From contig OZ251242.1 in assembly GCA_965240325.2 (NCBI GenBank), forward strand, positions 1,240,001 through 1,304,000: a stretch of 64,000 nucleotides of DNA, in the 5' to 3' direction. The position numbers and the translations under genes were made by a program. Below are positions 55,678-64,000 of this stretch, piece after piece; positions within the stretch are counted from its first letter, which is position 1; every line of letters starts with the position of its first letter. This DNA is from Rebecca billardiae RCC1528 (Eukaryota; Protista; Haptophyta). The notes under the pieces were generated by a model. The model saw only the letters and a list, made by a program, of their open reading frames with translations. It had not been told where the DNA came from and did no database searches.

Positions 55678-58607
55678 CCCCTTACCGCAGTTCAATCTGC
55701 TTCGTATGGAAGCAGATTTGACGGCGGCCGCTGCGCGCGCTTTGCGGCCCACCCACGCGCGCCTGGGCGTTGAACACGGCTTGAGAGTGCCCAGGCATGG
55801 TCTAGCTACCCTCAGACAGCCGCCAGCCTAGTACCTCCAGCTTCAGCGCCTCCACGATGGCAACGCGCGGCGGCGCCGAGCTGCCGTCGTGCTGGCTGGG
55901 CGCTCGACTGGCCCGCGACACCCGGCTGCACTCCTTGCAGCCGCTTCAAGCACGTGGGCGACCGACAAAGATGATTGTAGACAGTGTACATACTGCGCGC
56001 GTTACTCTGCGCGCGTTCGCATGACCGATCACGCTGAAAGTGCCCACCAGCCAGCCGCGCGGGACACGCTGAGGCACGGGTCGGGCTCCTTCCTTGCGGC
56101 ACGCCGCACGCGGTGTGTACACCGAGTGCAAGTCAGGCAGGCGCTTCGCGGGAGTGGTGGCATCGCTTCTTCGCCTGTGTTGGCGTCGATCGCAGGCGCG
56201 ACGCGCGTACCCCTCGCAAGTACACCCTCCTCGTGCTCAGTGTCACTCGCGCGGAGCCCACGGTGAGGGATCTTGAGCTCGAGGTGCAGCGTACGAGCCT
56301 ACGGGCGCTGAGTAGCAGCCTACCGACCAGCGCACGGGTGACGACCGTCATCCATTATGTTATGATACCCCTCCCGGCCTCACGCCGCAGCCTGACGATC
56401 ACCTCCGCAGCGGTTTGAGCACCATTCCAAATCTGCTTCGTGGCATGTTCAAACGCTCGTTTGGCACTCCGTCTGGACGCCGTGGCACGGGAGAAGGGGA
56501 AGGGCGGTGGCGGCGAGGCTCGGGTCATCGATGGGTATGGTCCCAAAGATGCCCCCAAGCGTGCGCGCGCCCGCTCGCGCCGTCTACCTGCGCGCCCAGC
56601 GCTCCCACGCCGCCGCCCACCCAAATCTGCTTCGTATAGAACGGCAGACTGCGGTAAGGGTAGCCTGGTCCAAACGCACTGGAGCACTTTCGGGGATTTT
56701 ATCGCCAAATGAATGCGGGGCCCTAGGCACGCGCTCACACCCGGAAACAGCGCATTAAATGGACCCAGCCCGGGCGGAGCAAAAGTTTCGGCCTAAAAAT
56801 CGCATCCGCGGCCCGTCGTGAGCGCGCGCGCGCGCGCCGCGGACAACTACGGACACATAGAGAATCGTCAGTCTGAATGTGGGTAAGTACTTAGCCGAAA
56901 TGAGCCCAAACGCACGAACTTACTTATTGGCGTACGTCGAGGCGAGCATGAACCTTGGTACAGGCCATTAGGATGGGCTGTGGTCTGTGCGCAAGTGGCC
57001 GTACTCAACTACTGCAAGATCGACTATATTACCCATTTGTACCCGCATGGTATGGGCAATGTACCCGCATAAATATGAGGTCTGGACCTGTATAATTACA
57101 ATGCCACTATGTCTTTACATATTCGCCATAGGTGGGTAGCTGTCCCAGGCTGCACGATTAGTGCGGCGCTCGGGGTGCAGTGGTCGGACGAGGCTCCGCC
57201 TGGCCTTCCGCGCACTCCTGCAGACAAGAAGAGGGCCGGACTCCCACCCGGCCAGGCGTGCGGCAGTCGGTCAGGTGCTGGACCTGGTCTGAAGACCATC
57301 TCCTGCGTGGCGACTGGCCGATCTGCGGCACAACGCGCGCCGCCGTGAGCCACACGGCAGGTTCGCAACGGATCCGGATCGCGTGTCCATGGCGGCGTGC
57401 ATCGAGTCATTCAAGCTGTCTAGTCGCGTGCCACGCCCGCCCTTTCACTTGGGGCATCAGTACTGCCTACAACGACGACATGTGCGTCCTTAGATGAGGC
57501 ATAATCGCGGTTCTAGCTGCTCGTCCAAGGGTCAGATCGCACGTCTTTGCTCGCCCGACAGCCTCAACGGCGGACTGATGTGATCCGCGGGTGACGATGC
57601 GGCCGCTTCGAGTGCGCCTCCGGCCACCACCGGGGTGGGGATCGTTCATGGGCACCCTCTGCGTGCCATGACATGCTCTGGCCATGCGTGGTGGCTTGGC
57701 CCACCGCGCGTAAACGGGAAAGACACCCGAGCACGTGCTTCCGAGCCACCCGAATGGCACAATGTGCCACCCATGGACACCAAACACGTGCCAGAGCGCG
57801 AGCCTTGCGTGCTGGAGTAGCCGCACGACACCAAGGAAGACGTATGAGCGCTCTCAACCATCTTCAAGCGACGACTCCGTCGACTCTGCCTCACAGACCG
57901 CGGTACGATCCTCGACCTTGTGCTCGCAGCAAAGGCCATGACGGTAAAGCAGCACCCAGGCGATGGGAGTCAGCCGGCAGCCACTACACTGCGACTGTAC
58001 ACACCCAGCCCCGCAAGGCGAGCCATCCTGCTCGCCACCAGCCCGTCATACAGCTCCACGAGGAGCACAAATCGACAGCCGCCGCTCAGGACGACCCATG
58101 CGCAAACGTGACGGGACTGGCCGCATGAAGCGTTGGCGATGCGCAGCGCGCCCAAAGCTGGTGGTGGCATCGAGTACATGCTAGGGGTAGGCGGTGCCCC
58201 ATGCGAGCCGTCGCGTGCCGCGCATATTCCCGGAGGTGCCCCTTCTCGAAGGCACGGCGTAACCCAGCAGGTGAGCGTTCGACGCGCGCCGTCGGGCGAG
58301 AAGTCGACCTGGCGACGGACCGCGGGCGGCGGAAGCAACGCAGACATGTCGCTCAAGGTGTGCACGCACACCACCGGGGCACCCGAACGATGTGTCCAGC
58401 ACTACACCTGACATGAGGCGGCGCAGTCGTCCAGTCGAGGCTCTCGAGCCCCTTCCCGACCTTCGTCGCGGCGAGCCGTCGGACGGCCGGTGGCGATTTT
58501 TGACGAGCGCGACGAGCGACGAGAAAAATCGGGAGAAATGAGGCGCCCAAAATCCGAAAAAGGCTTTTTCACTGGCGAAAATCGGGATGGACCAGGCTAG
58601 TAAGGGG
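55678..58607. mobile_element. Mutator-like non-autonomous element with a 9-bp TSD; its right terminus is interrupted by another element
   Basis: CCCCTTACCGCAGT ... ACTGCGGTAAGGG[insert]GTAAGGGG; ATACATATT (55669-55677) and ATACATAAT (58608-58616). Confidence 0.7.
56661..58599. mobile_element. TAG-ended TIR element (hAT-like) with 7-bp TSD GTAAGGG
   Basis: TAGCCTGGTCCA (56661) and TGGACCAGGCTA (ends 58599); GTAAGGG at 56654-56660 and 58600-58606. Confidence 0.7.
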
Positions 58608-58923
58608 ATACATAATTTCGCGGGCCGCCATTCTGTTCATCTCGCCGTGTGGGGGCGGAATCGTCGCGCGTCGTCGTGGTGTGCGTCGTCACCGACGCTG
58701 TCACGTGCCTGACGCGCGCACTAACCGAGTATCTGACATGAACTAATGGCGGCGGGCGGCCGCACGCATGCTGCCGCGCGGCGCCCGCATCACCGACGAC
58801 TGCATGCACTGCCATTGCCCGAGCAGCGCCAGCGCAGCGCGGATGGGCCGGTGCTCGTCCCACGCCCTGCCGACGCATGCAGTCTCCCCACCCATCGCCT
58901 CTCGGCGGCACCGGAGCTGCACA

Positions 58924-61900
58924 TCACAGATACAGCCCGCCCTTCTTGCCGCTCTGCTCCCACGCCTCGCGCACCGCCTTCCTGCCCGCCTCGCTGAGGC
59001 TGAAGTCATTAAGACTGCGGGAGGCGCGCAGTCGGGGACGGGTGTCGGGCGCGCGGCGGGAGCGTGAGCAAGGGCAGAGCGCGCGCGTGCGATGCCTGCC
59101 CGCCCGAGCACGCGCGAGCGCGCCGCCTGCGCCGCTGCCACAGCGCCCCGCGGCCGCGCCGCCCGCCCGCCGCCGCGCGCGCGCCCGAGCCCGCCGACGG
59201 GCCGCGCGCGCGGCGCACGCTCGGACATCACCGCGCGAGGGCGCGCGGCGCGCGCGCGCGCGGCGCGCCGCGCTCGACGTGCGTCCGCAGCACATGCCCC
59301 AGCTGGCACCCGCTCACCCACCCCCGCCCCTCCACGCCACCCGCGCGCCCGCACCCGCGCGCGTGCACACGTACCTGAGGTCAAGCGTCTGCAGGGAGCG
59401 GCTGTGACGCACGGCGTCCGCGATGGCGGTGGCGCCAGCGTCGCTGATCCGGTTGAAGCTGCGGGAGGCGCGGCGGGAGGGGCGGGCGCGCGGCGGGGTT
59501 GTGAGTGGGTGTCGAGCGCGCACGTGCGATGCGTGCCCGCCCGTGCACGCGCGAGCGCGCCGCACGCGCCGCTGCCACAGCGCCCCGCGGCCGCGCCGCC
59601 CGCCCGCCGCCGCGCGCGCGCCCGAGCCCGCCGACGGGCCGCGCGCGCGGCGCACGCTCGGACATCACCGCGCGAGGGCGCGCGGCGCGCGCGCGCGCGG
59701 CGCGCCGCGCTCGACGTGCGTCCGCAGGGCATGCCCCGGCTGGCGCCCGCCCACCCATCCCCGCCCCTCCGCGCCACCCCCGCGCCCGCCCCCGCGCGCG
59801 TGCACACGTACCTGAGGTAGAGCTTCTGCAGGGAGCGGCTGTGGCGCACTGCTTCCGCGATGGCGGTGGCGCCAGCGGTGCCGATCTCGTTGCCACTGCG
59901 GGAGGCGCGGCGGGAGGGGCGGGCGCGCGGCGGGGGCGTGAGTGGGTGTCGAGCGCGCGCGCGCGCAGCGTGCCCGCCCGAGCACGCGCGAGCGCGCCGC
60001 ACGCGCCGCTGCCACAGCGCCCCGCGGCCGCGCCGCCCGCCCGCCGCCGCGTGCGCGCCCGAGCCCGCCGACGGGCCGCGCGCGCGGCGCACGCTCGGAC
60101 ATCACCGCGCGAGGGCGCGCGGCGCGCGCGCGCGCGGCGCGCCGCGCTCGACGTGCGTCCGCAGCGCATGCCCCGGCTGGCGCCCACCCACCCACCCCCG
60201 CCCCTCCGCGCCACCCCCGCCCCCGCACCCGCGCGCGTGCACACGTACTGGAGGTTGAGCTCCTGCAGGGAGCGGCTGTGGCGCACGGCGTCCGCGATGG
60301 CAGTGGCGCCAGCGGCGCCGATCTCGTTGGCACTGCGGGAGGCGCGGCGGGAGGGGCGGGCGCGCGGCGCGGGCGTGAGTGGGTGTCGAGCGCGCGCGCG
60401 CGCAGCGTGCCCGCCCGAGCACGCGCGAGCGCGCCGCACGCGCCACTGCCACAGCGCCCCGCGGCCGCGCCGCCCGCCCGCCGCCGCGTGCGCGCCCGAG
60501 CCCGCCGACGGGCCGCGCGCGCGGCGCACGCTCGGACATCACCGCGCGAGGGCGCGCGGCGCGCGCGCGCGCGGCGCGCCGCGCTCGACGTGCGTCCGCA
60601 GCGCATGCCCCGGCTGGCACCCGCTCACCCACCCCCGCCCCTCCACGCCACCCCCGCGCCCGCCCCCGCGCGTGCACACGTACTAGAGGTCAAGCGACTG
60701 CAGGGAGCGGCTGTGACGCACGGCGTCCGCGATGGCGGTGGCGCCAGCGGCGCCGATCCCGTTGGCACTGCGGGAGGCGCGGCGGGAGGGGCGGGCGCGC
60801 GGCTGGGGTGTGAGTGGGTGTCGAGCGCGCGCGCGCGATGCGTGCCCGCCCGAGCACGCGCGAGCGCGCCGCACGCGCCGCTGCCACAGCGCTCCACGGC
60901 CGCGCCGCCCGCCCGCCGCCGCGCGCGCGCCCGAGCCCGCCGACGGGCCGCGCGCGCGGCGCACGCTCGGACATCACCGCGCGAGGGCGCGCGGCGCGCG
61001 CGCGCGCGGCGCGCCGCGCTCGACGTGCGTCCGCAGCAAATGCCCCGGCTGGCGCCCGCTCACCCACCCCCGCCCCTCCGCGCCACCCCCGCGCCCGCCC
61101 CCGCGCGCGTGCACACGTACTGGAGGCCAAGCGTCTGCAGGGAGCGGCTGTGGCGCACGGCGTCCGCGATGGCGGTGGCGCCAGCGGCGCCGATCTTGTT
61201 CCAACTGTGGAAGGCGCGGCGGGAGGGGCGGGCGCGCGGCGGGGGCGTGAGTGGGTGTCGGGCGCGCGCGTGCGATGCGTGCCCACCCGAGCATGCGCGA
61301 GCGCGCCGCACGCGCCGCTGCCACAGCGCCCCGCGGCCGCGCCGCCCGCCCGCCGCCGCGCGCGCGCCCGAGCCCGCCGACGCGGCCGTGCGCGCGGCGC
61401 ACGCTCGGACATCACCGCGCGAGGGCGCGCGGCGCGCGCGCGCGCGGCGCGCCGCGCTCGACGTGCGTCCACAGCGCATACCCCGGCTGGCGCCCACCCA
61501 CCCACCCCCGCCCCTCCGCGCCACCCCCGCGCCCGCCCCCGCGCGCGTGCACACGTACCCGAGCTCAAGCGTCTGCAGGGAGCGGCTGTGGCGCACTGCT
61601 TCCGCGATGGCGGTGGCGCCAGCGGCGCCGATCTTGTTCCAACTGTGGAAGGCGCGGCGGGAGGGGCGGGCGCGCGGCGGGGGCGTGGGTGGGTGTCGGG
61701 CGCGCGCGTGCGATGCGTGCCCGCCCGAGCATGCGCGAGCGCGCCGCACGCGCCGCTGCCACAGCGCCCCGCGGCCGCGCCGCCCGCCCGCCGCCGCGCG
61801 CGCGCCCGAGCCCGCCGACGCGGCCGCGCGCGCGGCGCACGCTCGGACATCACCGCGCGAGGGCGCGCGGCGCGCGCGCGCGCGGCGCGCCGCGCTCGAC

Positions 61901-64000
61901 GTGCGTCCGCAGCGCATACCCCGGCTGGCACCCGCTCACCCACCCCCGCCCCTCCGCACCACCCCCGCCCCCGCACCCGCGCGCGTGCACACGTACCTGA
62001 GGTCAAGCGTCTGCAGGGAGCGGCTGTGGCGCACGGCGTCCGCGATGGCAGTGGCGCCAGCGGCGCCGATCTCGTTGGCACTGCGGGAGGCGCGGCGGGA
62101 GGGGCGGGCGCGCGGCTGGGGTGTGAGTGGGTGTCGAGCGCGCGCGCGCGATGCGTGCCCGCCCGAGCATGCGCGAGCGCGCCGCACGCGCCGCTGCCAC
62201 AGCGCTCCACGGCCGCGCCGCCCGCCCGCCGCCGCGTGCGCGCCCGAGCCCGCCGACGGGCCGCGCGCGCGGCGCACGCTCGGACATCACCGCGCGAGGG
62301 CGCGCGGCGCGCGCGCGCGCGGCGCGCCGCGCTCGACGTGCGTCCGCAGCGCATGCCCCGGCTGGCGCCCACCCACCCACCCCCGCCCCTCCGCGCCACC
62401 CCCGCCCCCGCACCCGCGCGCGTGCACACGTACTGGAGGTTGAGCTCCTGCAGGGAGCGGCTGTGGCGCACGGCGTCCGCGATGGCAGTGGCGCCAGCGG
62501 CGCCGATCTCGTTGCCACTGCGGGAGGCGCGGCGGGAGGGGCGGGCGCGCGGCGCGGGCGTGAGTGGGTGCCGAGCGCGCGCGCGCGCAGCGTGCCCGCC
62601 CGAGCACGCGCGAGCGCGCCGCACGCGCCACTGCCACAGCGCCCCGCGGCCGCGCCGCCCGCCCGCCGCCGCGCGCGCGCCCGAGCCCGCCGACGGGCCG
62701 CGCGCGCGGCGCACGCTCGGACATCACCGCGCGAGGGCGCGCGGCGCGCGCGCGCGCGGCGCGCCGCGCTCGACGTGCGTCCGCAGGGCATGCCCCAGCT
62801 GGCACCCGCTCACCCACCCCCGCCCCTCCGCGCCACCCGCGCGCCCGCCCCCGCGCGCGTGCACACGTACCCGAGGTTGAGCTTCTGCAGGGAGCGGCTG
62901 TGGCGCACTGCTTCCGCGATGGCGGTGGCGCCAGCGTCGCCGATCTTGTTCCAACTGTGGAAGGCGCGGCGGGAGGGGCGGGCGCGCGGCGGGGGCGTGA
63001 GTGGGTGTCGAGCGCGCGCGCGCGATGCGTGCCCGCCCGTGCACGCGCGAGCGCGCCGCACGCGCCGCTGCCACAGCGCCCCGCGGCCGCGCCGCCCGCC
63101 CGCCGCCGCGCGCGCGCCCGAGCCCGCCGACGCGGCCGCGCGCGCGGCGCACGCTCGGACATCACCGCGCGAGGGCGCGCGGCGCGCGCGCGCGCGGCGC
63201 GCCGCGCTCGACGTGCGTCCGCAGCGCATGCCCCGGCTGGCGCCCACCCACCCACCCCCGCCCCTCCGCGCCACCCCCGCCCCCGCACCCGCGCGCGTGC
63301 ACACGTACTGGAGGTTGAGCTCCTGCAGGGAGCGGCTGTGGCGCACGGCGTCCGCGATGGCAGTGGCGCCAGCGTCGCCGATCTCGTTGCCACTGCGGGA
63401 GGCGCGGCGGGAGGGGCGGGCGCGCGGCGCGGGCGTGAGTGGGTGCCGAGCGCGCGCGCGCGCAGCGTGCCCGCCCGAGCACGCGCGAGCGCGCCGCACG
63501 CGCCGCTGCCACAGCGCCCCGCGGCCGCGCCGCCCGCCCGCCGCAGCGCGCGCGCCCGAGCCCGCCGCAGCAGCCGCAGCGGCGTCGCCACGCGCGCGCG
63601 CGCACACCCGAGGTCGAAGACCACCGGGTCTGGGTTGGCCTTGAGCTGCAGCAGGCGCACGACGACGGCCTTGTGCGCTACCCACGCGCAGCCCCACGCC
63701 CACGCGAGTGCCGCCAGCGCAGGCGCGCTCTGCGCCTCGCGCCACGCGGACGGCCAGCGCAGCGCGGCCACCGCCAGCGCGGCCTCCGCGCAGCCGAGCA
63801 GGATGTGGGTGGGCGCCGTGCGCGCGAGCCACCCCGCCGAGCTCAGGTCGACCATGCCGACGGCGGCGTACACGATGCCCGCCTCCCACGCCGCGCTCCG
63901 CCAGGCCGCCAGCTGCCCTCCGCGCTCGAGTGCACCCATGACCTTGAGGTGGCCGCTGTAGCGCACGGAGGCGACCAGCGCGAGCGCCGCCGCAGCGAGC
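58924..64000 (-). CDS. Membrane-anchored RI/NLRC3-type LRR protein, 5' end outside the window. Exons: >64000-63608; ten 84-bp LRR exons (63309-63392, 62871-62954, 62434-62517, 61997-62080, 61559-61642, 61121-61204, 60684-60767, 60249-60332, 59812-59895, 59375-59458); terminal cap exon 59014-58924
   Basis: Each exon is flanked by ..(g/a)cag| and |gtacgt and encodes xNxIG[AD]AGATAIA[DE]AVRHSRSLQxLxL; the spliced ORF is open to TGA at 58924; the upstream exon has several hydrophobic helices and ends in VVFDL. Confidence 0.9.
59015..63565. repeat. Tandem array of ~437-bp intron+exon units (about 10.4 copies)
   Basis: Near-identical introns of 351-360 bp alternate with 84-bp exons. Confidence 0.95.

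Noticed and set aside
59015-63565. Regular repeat/variable pattern suggestive of a CRISPR array or a plain satellite
   Set aside because: Units are ~437 bp, the variable parts are homologous LRR-coding exons with splice sites, there are no cas genes, and the context is eukaryotic
59092-63961. Long Arg/Ala-rich ORFs on both strands across the array (e.g. 59942-62443, 60814-62880)
   Set aside because: These are stop-poor GC-rich intron read-through; the spliced minus-strand model explains the region

Overview
This is very GC-rich eukaryotic nuclear DNA with spliceosomal GT-AG introns, (CA)n/(GA)n/(TA)n microsatellites and bipartite plastid-targeting presequences. Those traits point to an alga with a complex plastid, most plausibly a haptophyte of the Pavlovales type (inference, not proven). 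Most long ORFs in the track are GC-driven shadows. About 20 real genes are supportable: a lumen-targeted plastid protein (partial), two paralogous sulfotransferase-like genes, a GT47 exostosin, stearoyl-ACP desaturase, a coiled-coil protein, an AP2 factor, RidA, F-box/RCC1, WD40-Sec14, a CULT (cereblon-like) protein, a NEK-like kinase, ArfGAP fused to a pseudo-lipase, a tandem ABM-barrel protein, G6P 1-epimerase, an XRN exoribonuclease, a hemerythrin-like protein, ABCG and an Rh ammonium transporter. Two clusters of nested non-autonomous TIR/foldback elements (1.9-5.2 kb and 51.5-58.6 kb) have ends, and in most cases target-site duplications, that can be read directly. The standout is at 58.9-64 kb on the minus strand: a membrane-anchored LRR gene in which ten 84-bp phase-2 exons each encode one 28-aa LRR, separated by near-identical ~353-bp introns. 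Variation is concentrated in the solvent-exposed LxxLxLxxNx residues that straddle each intron, and exon halves occur in mosaic combinations. It is a candidate exon-shuffling, VLR-like diversifying recognition system.
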